NCBI GenBank assembly: GCA_964570765.1
Contig: CAZMZF010000011.1
Span: 3,629 to 67,628 of the forward strand
Direction of reading: 5' to 3'
Source of the DNA: an uncultured Ignavibacteria bacterium
GTDB taxonomy: Bacteria > Zixibacteria > MSB-5A5 > RBG-16-43-9
DNA: 64,000 nt
Below, piece after piece: positions 48,299 through 56,657 of this stretch. The position numbers were made by a program, and so were the translations under genes. Below the pieces are notes generated by a model. The model was not told where the DNA came from, did not search any database, and saw only the letters and a program-made list of their open reading frames with translations. Numbering within the stretch: the first letter of the stretch is position 1; every line of letters begins with the position of its first letter.

Positions 48299-49156
48299 CT
48301 AATAATTAATCACCTGGTCGATCTTCCCCTTTTTCCGGGCAACATATTCGATCGATTTGTAGATATAATCGGAGAACAGGGCTAATAGAACTGTTGTTCC
48401 AAGCATAATCAGAAGGAGCTGGAAATCAGAATATTTAGCCAGTGTATTGCTTAAGCTTTTACCCAGAATAGATCTTCTCAGAAGCTCTAACCAGTAAGTT
48501 AAAGGTAAAGCCTTGGAGATATATTGTAGCCAATTAGGTAACAAGTCAATCTGGAAGATCGCTCCACAGGCTAAATAGAATATCCCTCCTAAGCCCTCGG
48601 TCAAAGCAAAACTGTGATGAGCAGTTAGCATAGTTATCCCGGCTAAGAGGATTCCAAGACAGGTTATCACAAATAGTCCTACTATAAAGGTGATAAAGAA
48701 TAGTGGATAATTTACCTTTAACAAATCGATAGGTATCTTCAAGACAATCATACCGAAGGCTAAAGTGATTATAATCGCAATGGTAGTGGTAATAAGTTTG
48801 GCTATCCCTCTGCCAAAAAGATAATAATACATCCTGATCGGGGCGATATAGATGTATCTCAACATCTCATAATGCTCCCGGTCTTCGTGAATCACCCAGG
48901 AGATACCGAATAAAACGTTATAGACATACATAAAGAATGTATTCCCCAGAAATATGTAGGCGAAAAGGTCAAATGAGGTCTTCCCCCGGGTAACCACTAA
49001 ATACATAAAGACCAGAATCAAAGATGAGGCAATAGGACGGATTATAGAATAGATTGCAAACAAAAATGGGTCTGCCCAATTTGCCTCCATTGCCCACCCT
49101 AATTTGCCAGCTAATCGGGTGGTTCTTAAATTATCTTTTAATTTCTGCACGAACAT
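48299..49156 (-). CDS. ABC-2-type transporter permease
   Basis: A 6-TM ABC-2 permease pattern. Confidence 0.7.
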   Translation of the reverse strand: MFVQKLKDNLRTTRLAGKLGWAMEANWADPFLFAIYSIIRPIASSLILVFMYLVVTRGKTSFDLFAYIFLGNTFFMYVYNVLFGISWVIHEDREHYEMLRYIYIAPIRMYYYLFGRGIAKLITTTIAIIITLAFGMIVLKIPIDLLKVNYPLFFITFIVGLFVITCLGILLAGITMLTAHHSFALTEGLGGIFYLACGAIFQIDLLPNWLQYISKALPLTYWLELLRRSILGKSLSNTLAKYSDFQLLLIMLGTTVLLALFSDYIYKSIEYVARKKGKIDQVINY

Positions 49157-49298
49157 AAAATTACCTTTTTCTTATCCTAAATTTGTAGTGGAAGGCTTTA
49201 GCCTTCCATTTATTTTATGGAGGTCTAATCCGCCTTCGGCGGACCGCTACATTTAAAGCGACCCTGATCCCGCCGATGGCGGGGCAATCTGGGTTGCG

Positions 49299-50084
49299 CT
49301 ACGATAATACTTTCTTCGCCACAAAAATCATAAATGGGCTTTTTGCCTCAAAAGAAGATTTGTCATAGTCACCAAATAGCTTCTCTTTTTCAAATCCATT
49401 GGAAATAAGCATCCTCTCAAACTCAGCCGGGAAAAAATACCTCATCTTCAAGTCTATAGTCTTGCGAAAAAACCTGCCATCTGGTTTGTTGGTTTCCACA
49501 AAGAGTCTGACCTTCAAAATCTGCTTGGGTTTATCATAAAATTGATTGGAGTAAATTTGAGTTAAGTCCTCTTTTTCCGGATAGCCCTCTAAAATATCTC
49601 CTTCACTTCTTAACACCCCTTCTGCCCTGGTCAGGTCTGGATGAAACACACTGATCATTAACCTCCCCTGAGAAGTAAGGTGTTTATGAACTGAGCGAAG
49701 ACAGTTATTCTGTTCCTCAATTGAAAGAAGGACCTGAAAAGAGTTAAAAGGGATAAAGATTAAATTAAACTCCTTTTTCAGATGAAAATTTCTCATATCG
49801 CCCTGAAGCAGAGTCACTCTTTTTTTGATCTCTTCTGATTCTTTGTTCAATTTCTCCCTGGCTTTATCTAACATTTTCTCTGATATATCTAAACCAGTAA
49901 TCTCTATCCCTTCTTTAGCTAAAGGAAAAAGAATCCTACCAGTTCCACAGCATAGTTCTAAAACTGGAGAACCATATCTTTTAGCGTATTCTAACCATAG
50001 AGGAATATCTGAGACAAAGCTCTGATTCCACTTATCATAAAAATCAGCATAGAGATCGAATTCATTTTTCATAGATTCTGCCAT
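49299..50084 (-). CDS. Class I SAM-dependent methyltransferase
   Basis: 'VLELCCGTGRILFPLA' is motif I, with a post-I acidic residue in 'TGLDISEKM'. Confidence 0.8.
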   Translation of the reverse strand: MAESMKNEFDLYADFYDKWNQSFVSDIPLWLEYAKRYGSPVLELCCGTGRILFPLAKEGIEITGLDISEKMLDKAREKLNKESEEIKKRVTLLQGDMRNFHLKKEFNLIFIPFNSFQVLLSIEEQNNCLRSVHKHLTSQGRLMISVFHPDLTRAEGVLRSEGDILEGYPEKEDLTQIYSNQFYDKPKQILKVRLFVETNKPDGRFFRKTIDLKMRYFFPAEFERMLISNGFEKEKLFGDYDKSSFEAKSPFMIFVAKKVLS

Positions 50085-50126
50085 CCAGAATTAACCGTAG
50101 AGACGCATTGCAATGCGTCTCTACCC

Positions 50127-50945
50127 TTATTGCCATCTCAGTGTTAATCTCCCTTCTTTCTTACCCATATTCTCCATATACTTTAAAGCATAATGGGAAG
50201 CAATAAGGAAAAGTATCGAAAGTATTACCAAAGCTCCAATCTCTAAATTGACATTCAAAAATCCAAACTCTTTCCCTCCTTTGAAAGCTAACTGCCTCAT
50301 TCCATCTAAACCCAGGGTCAAAGGGATAAAAGATGCAACCAGTCCGATGGTAAGCCCTAAGCTTTTTATGGGGAAATAGAAGCCGGATAAAAGATAAATC
50401 GGCTCCTGAAAAAGATTGGTGGTATGCCAGGCTTCCCTGCCAAAAAGCATAAATAAAGATGAGAACATCATACCTAAGCCGTAAAGGGATACCTGAGTCA
50501 GAAAGAATATCAAAGCTAATTTACCCCAGCTAATCAAAGCGAAATTTACTTTAAAGATTAAACTTCCTATCACAAAGACGAAGATCGCTCTGGTGCTTGC
50601 CAGATAAAACCCACCCGTTGCCATTCCTAAAAGGATTGCCATTCGAGATATGGGTGCGACTAAATAAAGCTCTAAATTCCCCATCTCCTTTTCCCAGTAG
50701 AACTGAGCGGCCATAGACCATAGAACGTTCATCCAGTAAGCGGTCATTGCCCCACCCAATACTACAAAACCGGTGAACTCCTCAGGTGCTTTTAAAGCTT
50801 TATAGACATAGACAAAAGCGGCTGTTGAAAGTAAAGGCAAAAGCGCCTCTGAGATAAGCCAGCTCGGTTCACGGTGAGCCCCAACCAATCTCACATAACT
50901 TCTGCCAAAGATAGCTTTTAAGTTAGTTTTCAGCTCTGTTTTCAT
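50127..50945 (-). CDS. ABC-2-type transporter permease
   Basis: A 6-TM permease. The start is placed at Met13 (AAGGA RBS), which reduces the overlap with the ATPase gene to 23 nt. Confidence 0.7.
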   Translation of the reverse strand: MKTELKTNLKAIFGRSYVRLVGAHREPSWLISEALLPLLSTAAFVYVYKALKAPEEFTGFVVLGGAMTAYWMNVLWSMAAQFYWEKEMGNLELYLVAPISRMAILLGMATGGFYLASTRAIFVFVIGSLIFKVNFALISWGKLALIFFLTQVSLYGLGMMFSSLFMLFGREAWHTTNLFQEPIYLLSGFYFPIKSLGLTIGLVASFIPLTLGLDGMRQLAFKGGKEFGFLNVNLEIGALVILSILFLIASHYALKYMENMGKKEGRLTLRWQ

Positions 50946-51942
50946 TTTCCAATCCTTTACCACATAGGGAAACAAAGACATCTTCTAAGGTTGGCTCAGT
51001 TTTGGATAGACTCAATATCTCTGAGCCATTATTACTTATCGCCTCAGTTACCCCGGAGATATAAGAATCGTTCTCCAGGATGAATTTTAAATCGGTTCTG
51101 CCAATGTGGGGTTTATGCTCAAAGGCAAACTTTATCACCCCGGGTATATTTATGAATCTATCTAAATTCTCTAACATCAAATTCACCTCGATATGGAAAA
51201 CTGCATCCTGCTTTAAGGATTTCTTAAGATTAAAAGGTGAATCACAGGCCAGGACTTTTCCATTGTCGATTATAGCTACCCGGTCGCAAAGCTCATCTGC
51301 CTCTGCCATATAATGAGTGGTGAGTAACACGGTTTTTTCCTGATTCTCCTTCACCCAGGATTTTATATATTTTCTTACCTCCCGGGAGATCTGCACATCT
51401 AATCCCAGGGTTGGCTCATCTAAGAATAATATTTGTGGATCGCAGACAAAACCACGGATGATATTCATCTTCTGTCTCATCCCGGTGGAAAGCTTGGAGA
51501 TTTTGAGCCGGGCATACTCCTCCATACCCAAGAATTTCAATAGTTCATCGATTCTCTGTAAGGCTAATTTAGTGTTCATACCATACAATTGAGAGAAAAG
51601 CCATAAATTTTCCCTTACAGTTAAGATACCATATCCGGAATGTTCCCCGCCTGAGACCATATTTATCTTTTTCCTCACCTTTTCTGGATATTTTGCCACA
51701 TCGATATTATCCACTAAGGCGATTCCAGAGGTAGGCAGAAGAAGAGTCGATAATATCTTTATTAAAGTGGTCTTGCCAGCCCCGTTTGGACCTAAAACTC
51801 CAAAAAGCTCACCCGGGTTTATGGTCAGGGTAACCTTATCCAATGCCATTATCAGGTTAGTCTGTTTGGAATTGGAATTGTTTTTCTTTTTACCCTTTTT
51901 AAAAGTCCGGGTCAAATCCAAAGTTTCTACGGCGTAACTCAT
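50923..51942 (-). CDS. ABC transporter ATP-binding protein
   Basis: Walker A 'GPNGAGKTT', the signature 'LSTGMRQKMNI' and Walker B 'ILFLDEPT'. Confidence 0.9.
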   Translation of the reverse strand: MSYAVETLDLTRTFKKGKKKNNSNSKQTNLIMALDKVTLTINPGELFGVLGPNGAGKTTLIKILSTLLLPTSGIALVDNIDVAKYPEKVRKKINMVSGGEHSGYGILTVRENLWLFSQLYGMNTKLALQRIDELLKFLGMEEYARLKISKLSTGMRQKMNIIRGFVCDPQILFLDEPTLGLDVQISREVRKYIKSWVKENQEKTVLLTTHYMAEADELCDRVAIIDNGKVLACDSPFNLKKSLKQDAVFHIEVNLMLENLDRFINIPGVIKFAFEHKPHIGRTDLKFILENDSYISGVTEAISNNGSEILSLSKTEPTLEDVFVSLCGKGLENENRAEN

Positions 51943-51975
51943 ATTTTAAATCCTTTATAGTTATTTTCATAAATT

Positions 51976-52014
51976 AAAAAACCGTGACCTACTCTGGATA
52001 AGTCACGGTTTTAA
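51976..52014 (-). promoter_or_regulatory. Terminator-like hairpin in the 5' leader of the ABC exporter operon (possible attenuator)
   Basis: 'aaccgtgacctactctggataagtcacggtt' has a 9-bp stem. On the transcribed minus strand it is followed by a U-run, about 35 nt upstream of the ATPase start codon. Confidence 0.4.
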
Positions 52015-52352
52015 TAAACCTTATTTTTCCTTATCTCATTTCAGCCTTTTACCCTTTGAAGCGGGCAGAGTTATCCCTGTGCAAAAATCTTTATTAATTC
52101 TAAGTCTCACTCCATTCACCTCCGAACAAAAGACTACAATTTTTATAATTATACGTTGATATTTTATTTTGTCAAGGAAAATTTTTGAATTTTATCATAC
52201 TTTAAAGATAGATTTTATCTCTAATTGATCCATTCTGGATAATAATTTTATGAATAGGCTAACCTAAAAAGAAATCTTTTTATAAAATTAATAAATAATC
52301 GTTCAAAACCGTATTATTTTAAAACCTTTTTTAACCACTAAGGAGGTGATAT

Positions 52353-52952
52353 ATGAAGAAGGTTAGTTTAGTAATGAGCTTGACTTCCCTTTTCATCCTT
52401 CTGGTTTTCACCTGGTCCTTTGCCCAGATGGAGATGGGTAAGGGTTGTTCTCATGAGATGAAGATGATGGGTGAGGAAAAGATGATGTCCCCGGAGAAAT
52501 ACGGACAGCATCAGGAAGGGATGATGTCTCAAATGGGATGCTCTAAAAAGGGTATGGAGATGGGGATGGGGATGAAGATGTGCGGGATGATGGGTGAGGG
52601 AGAGGAGATGGGATGTTGTAAAATGGAGTTTTTCCTCTGCTGTAAAGATGAATTAGGTCTCACTGATAAACAGATCGAAAGCTTAAAATCCATGAAAATG
52701 GACTTTATGAAGACGAAAATCAAGATGGGAGCCGATCTGCAGATAGCCCAGTTGGAGCTAAAAGCCCTTATGGGTGATGACAAAGCCAGCTTGAAAGATA
52801 TAGAGGCTAAATTAAGGGCAGTGGAAAAGATGAAAACAGATATGAAGATTACCCATCTGAAAGCTTTCAGAGATGCCAAAGCGCTTTTGACTCCGGAGCA
52901 GAAGGAAAAGATGATGAAGTGTGATAAAATGAAATCAGAAGAAGAAAAATAA
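52353..52952 (+). CDS. Met/Cys-rich periplasmic protein with LTXXQ motifs (Spy/CpxP/ZraP 'Metal_resist'-type)
   Basis: A signal peptide, then Met-rich repeats 'MGMGMKMCGMMGEGEEMGCC', then two LTXXQ motifs ('LGLTDKQIESL', 'LLTPEQKEKM'). Confidence 0.7.
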   Translation: MKKVSLVMSLTSLFILLVFTWSFAQMEMGKGCSHEMKMMGEEKMMSPEKYGQHQEGMMSQMGCSKKGMEMGMGMKMCGMMGEGEEMGCCKMEFFLCCKDELGLTDKQIESLKSMKMDFMKTKIKMGADLQIAQLELKALMGDDKASLKDIEAKLRAVEKMKTDMKITHLKAFRDAKALLTPEQKEKMMKCDKMKSEEEK

Positions 52953-52992
52953 AGAATTCCTTTTGTCATAGAGAGGCGCGGTAGTTTTAAAA

Positions 52993-53025
52993 AATCGGTC
53001 AGGTTTCACCTGGCCGATTTTTTTG
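52993..53025 (+). terminator. Rho-independent terminator
   Basis: 'atcggtcaggtttcacctggccgat' followed by 'ttttttg'. Confidence 0.7.
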
Positions 53026-53187
53026 TGCAACCAGGAAGGAAATCTCACAATTCGATTAACGTATCTGTCCCCGCAAATTCCTCTCAAAAGAGATTGACTT
53101 TTAAAATGAAATTGGATAAGCTATATTAGGTTTAATTGACTTAAGAGACAAGTTTCATTTTTACCACCCTGTAGGGAGCAGACTTAT

Positions 53188-56142
53188 ATGGGCACACAAA
53201 AAGACCAGATACCTCGCCTAACTCTCTTTTTCCGCTATCTTGTTCTCACGGTGATGACCCTTGTTCTTACCGCAATGGTAATTGCCTCCTTTTGGATGGT
53301 TCATCAGTGGGTACGTTATATGGACGTTCACCCCGGACTCTGGGTATACAATATCGACAACTATGGAAATTTGTGGAGCGTTTTTGACATTCGGGAGAGA
53401 GGGCATGTGGTTGTTTCGGGAGTGGATTCTACGAGCGCGGCGGAAAAGGCGGGGATTCAAGCCGGGGACTCGATCCTTGCTGTTAACGGTGTAAGACTTA
53501 AAGAGAAGCCGCAAGCTTTTTTCGGCGCCTTTGTAGGAGCAGTTCCGGGCAAGGAAATTAAACTTGAGTTTATTAGAAACGGCATTACCGAGCATCGGGT
53601 TTTGGTTTTGGAAGTTAACAATATCCTCACCTCTCCAATAGGTTATCTGGGTGTTTATTATCGTTGGTTGACTCCGGACATAGCCGATAGTTTGGGTCTG
53701 AAATCTACCACGGGGGTACTGGTGGATCGGGTCGAATCCGGAACCGCGGCGGATAAAGCCGGGCTAAAAGCTGGGGATGTTCTTTTGGGGTTCGATGGAA
53801 AGCTGTTCACAACACCCGACGATTTCAGTCGTCTAGTAGATGCTAAACCCGGTAAGAAAGTAGAAATCGAACTGCTAAGAAACGGCGATACGTTAACAGC
53901 AGACGCCACACTGGGGAAAAGGCCTCCCCTGGGTTGGAACTACCTGGGTTTCCAGTTCCGAGGAACTGCGCGTACACTTGCGCTGGCCTTCTACTTACCC
54001 CTCTTACTACTCACACTTCTTTTTCTCGTAGTAGGAGCGTCGATCGGCTGGCTCAAACCCCGGGACCCAGTCGCTTTCCAATGCTCCCTCTGGTTCTTAT
54101 GCTGGGTGGCACCGTGTGTTATGTTCTTCATAAATATGCCTCTTCAGGCCTCCTGGCCCGATTGGGCCTTAGCAGGAGTTTTCTGCGGTGGTATCCTCTC
54201 GGTCGGACTGATGGCCCCGTTGACTCTGCGTGTATTTTCCATCTTTCCCACCCGTTCAAGCCTGGGTAAGGTGCTCTGGAAGTGGCAATGGGCTGCTTTT
54301 CTGTTCTCAGGTCTCTACTCTTTCTCATCGTCTGCAGACTTTCTCACCGGGCTTTACGGCTGGAAATCAACCTGGCTTTTTGCTAACCCGTTGGCCCAGT
54401 TTTTCGTGAACATGGAGGAAGGGTTCGTTTCAGTTGTTGTGTTGCTTATGGGTTCACTTCTTATTGCCCAACGGATTGAGACCCGTCACCGCCCTCAGAC
54501 CCGACTCAAGATCATCGAATTTAGCCTTGTTCTGGGTCTACTGGGGATGATCGTCTATCTGGTCCCACGGACGATGTTTGGAATTACGTCTGAATCCTGG
54601 CGTCCCGCACACGGCTTTTTGAGTTTGTATCTCCCCATAGTCTTGTTTAGCGCTATTCCGCTCTCTTTTGCCTATTCTATTCTTGCCCGCAAGGTTTTTG
54701 GTATTCGCTTCATTATCCGGAAAGGTCTCCAGCATCTTCTTTTATCAAAAGGAGCACTTTTGCTCGAAGGGATAATTATCTTTCTCATCGTCTGGCAGGC
54801 TATTGGGAAAGGAGGCTCTCGTCTGGCTGGCTCACCCATTGCTGCAAGCGGCGTGGCTGTGGCGAGTGCGGTTTTAATGATGGGAACTTTGAGTCGGGTT
54901 AATCGCAAGATTATGCCCGCCATTGACCGCAGATTTTTTAGGGAAACTTTAGATGTGAGGCACCTGCTTTTAAAGCTAGGCGATCAGTTGTCTGAGTTTC
55001 GAGAGAAGGAAAAGATTCTGAAGCGGACAGCAGTAACGGTGCTAAAAGCTTTACATCCTTTAAGGGTTGTCTTGCTTTTAAAAGAAGCACAGACCAGGGA
55101 TATAAAATGTGTTCTGGACTTGAAAAATGGCACAAGTCGGTTGGCTTCCATTGAAGACTTGGAAAAAGAGGTAGTGTCTAATCCATCCCTTGAGCTTAAG
55201 TCTAAAGATTCGGTGATTAAGCAGATGGAACAAGGCAAGTCGTGGTTAGCTGTTTACCCTGAGAAACTTGACCCTGAGAATGAAGAAGAGAGAAAGTTAC
55301 TTGAGCTTAACTGTGAGCTATTGATTGGACTTCAGGGAAGCTCAGGTCTTATTGGGGTAATGGGCTTGGGAGCTAAGCTTTCAGAAGAGCCTTTCAGTGG
55401 GGAGGATAAGGAGCTTTTGCTTACTGTTGCCAGACAGATGGGGATGGCTTTAGAGAATGCAGAGCTATTAGAGGTGGCAAAACGAGAAGCAGAGCTTTCC
55501 CGAGACTTAGAGATAGCCAAACAGGTTCAGCAGAACCTTTTCCCTAAGAAGTTACCCTCAGTCCCTGGTTGGGAGTTTGCCGGGATTTGTCGCTCAGCTC
55601 GTGCAGTAGGAGGGGATTATTACGACATCTTTGAGGTTGTTCCAGGCAAGGTTCTTTTAGCCTTAGGAGATGTCTCAGGAAAAGGTTTAGGAGCTTCACT
55701 CCTTATGGCAAGTGTCCATTCTGCCATTCGCAGTCGGTCTGGGATCTCTTTAGATGACCCCTCAAAGCTGATTGTAGAACTAAACCACCATCTTTTATCC
55801 TCAACTTCACCTGAAACATTTGTCACCCTGTTTTTGGGTTTGATTGATCTTGAAACCGGAAAGCTTCAATATGTGAACTGCGGACACCCAGCCCCTATAC
55901 TGCTGTGCCAGGAAGGAAAAAAACAGGAAAGGCTTACCATAGGTGGCCCGATTTTAGGCATTTTAGATGGAGTTCCTTATATAAAAGGCGAGCATTACCT
56001 GAGGGATGGGGATGTTTTAGTCTTATTCAGCGATGGGGTAACTGAGGCTACCAATCAGAAAGAAGAGATGTTTGAGGAGGAAAGACTTTTGCAGGTGGTA
56101 AGTGATACAGCTATTTCAGAACCTCAGCTATTCTGGATATGA
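53188..56142 (+). CDS. Multidomain membrane sensor: 2 PDZ, multi-TM, GAF, PP2C (SpoIIE/RsbU-type) Ser/Thr phosphatase. The 3' end is out of frame.
   Basis: The PDZ motifs are 'AAEKAGIQAGDSILAVNG' and 'AADKAGLKAGDVLLGFDG'. About 8 TM helices follow, then a GAF-like 'LIGLQGSSGLIGVMGLGA', then PP2C motifs 'GGDYYDIF', 'ALGDVSGKG' and 'LVLFSDGVTEA'. The expected C-terminal 'FATGCEQADDISAVVIHRL' is encoded at 56150-56220 in a different frame. Confidence 0.8.
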   Translation: MGTQKDQIPRLTLFFRYLVLTVMTLVLTAMVIASFWMVHQWVRYMDVHPGLWVYNIDNYGNLWSVFDIRERGHVVVSGVDSTSAAEKAGIQAGDSILAVNGVRLKEKPQAFFGAFVGAVPGKEIKLEFIRNGITEHRVLVLEVNNILTSPIGYLGVYYRWLTPDIADSLGLKSTTGVLVDRVESGTAADKAGLKAGDVLLGFDGKLFTTPDDFSRLVDAKPGKKVEIELLRNGDTLTADATLGKRPPLGWNYLGFQFRGTARTLALAFYLPLLLLTLLFLVVGASIGWLKPRDPVAFQCSLWFLCWVAPCVMFFINMPLQASWPDWALAGVFCGGILSVGLMAPLTLRVFSIFPTRSSLGKVLWKWQWAAFLFSGLYSFSSSADFLTGLYGWKSTWLFANPLAQFFVNMEEGFVSVVVLLMGSLLIAQRIETRHRPQTRLKIIEFSLVLGLLGMIVYLVPRTMFGITSESWRPAHGFLSLYLPIVLFSAIPLSFAYSILARKVFGIRFIIRKGLQHLLLSKGALLLEGIIIFLIVWQAIGKGGSRLAGSPIAASGVAVASAVLMMGTLSRVNRKIMPAIDRRFFRETLDVRHLLLKLGDQLSEFREKEKILKRTAVTVLKALHPLRVVLLLKEAQTRDIKCVLDLKNGTSRLASIEDLEKEVVSNPSLELKSKDSVIKQMEQGKSWLAVYPEKLDPENEEERKLLELNCELLIGLQGSSGLIGVMGLGAKLSEEPFSGEDKELLLTVARQMGMALENAELLEVAKREAELSRDLEIAKQVQQNLFPKKLPSVPGWEFAGICRSARAVGGDYYDIFEVVPGKVLLALGDVSGKGLGASLLMASVHSAIRSRSGISLDDPSKLIVELNHHLLSSTSPETFVTLFLGLIDLETGKLQYVNCGHPAPILLCQEGKKQERLTIGGPILGILDGVPYIKGEHYLRDGDVLVLFSDGVTEATNQKEEMFEEERLLQVVSDTAISEPQLFWI

Positions 56143-56424
56143 TATTCAAATCAGTTGATAGTTTTGCCACTGGATGTGAGCAGGCTGATGATATCTCGGC
56201 AGTTGTGATCCATAGGCTATAGTTTATCAGTTTAGGAGGGGCTTTTATGTTATATCTATCTACCTATCCAAGAAAAAAGGGGTTCTGCCTTCCGGGCAAA
56301 AGAAAGTTTTTACTCCTGTTTGTGATTCCATTTATTATTCTTTTATTGAAACGTGGGGATACTAATGCCGGTGCATTTGTAAAAGGAGAGGGGATATGTA
56401 GTGCGTCCCGCGCCGGCGGCGGGA

Positions 56425-56530
56425 TTAGCCTCGCTTAAGCGACCCTGTCCTACGGTGGCTACGAGCCAGCCCGCCCGTAGGGCGCCAGACGTAGTCTCCG
56501 TTATTAGGAAAAGGGTCGCACTACGAATCC
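56425..56530. repeat. Family C hairpin carrying GTAG-REP (family B) plus a further nested palindrome
   Basis: 'tagcctcgcttaagcgaccct[gtcctacggtggctacga{gccagcccgcccgtagggcgc}cagacgtagtctccgttattaggaaaa]gggtcgcactacgaa'. Confidence 0.8.
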
Positions 56531-56583
56531 TAATCGTTATATGATATCCGTAATCCGTCATTTTTTTACAATATATGAATTGA

Positions 56584-56647
56584 TCGGAGTGCAAGAGCTT
56601 GCTCTTGCATTCTATCTAATATGCATCAGCAAGCTGATGCACTCCAT
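56584..56647. repeat. Hairpin element with GGAGTGCA/TGCACTCC termini
   Basis: 'ggagtgcaagagcttgctcttgcattctatctaatatgcatcagcaagctgatgcactcc'. The GGAGTGCA start is also seen at 1147, 17260 and 22603. Confidence 0.6.
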
Positions 56648-56657
56648 CTTTGTCTAT

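Noticed and set aside
56247-56594. ORFs 56247-56438 (+) and 56343-56594 (-) as small protein genes
   Set aside because: Both fall entirely within the nested palindromic repeat cluster 56425-56530 and the GGAGTGCA hairpin element. The amino-acid sequence is dictated by the repeat, as are the same-family ORFs at 31102-31428 and 41589-41873.
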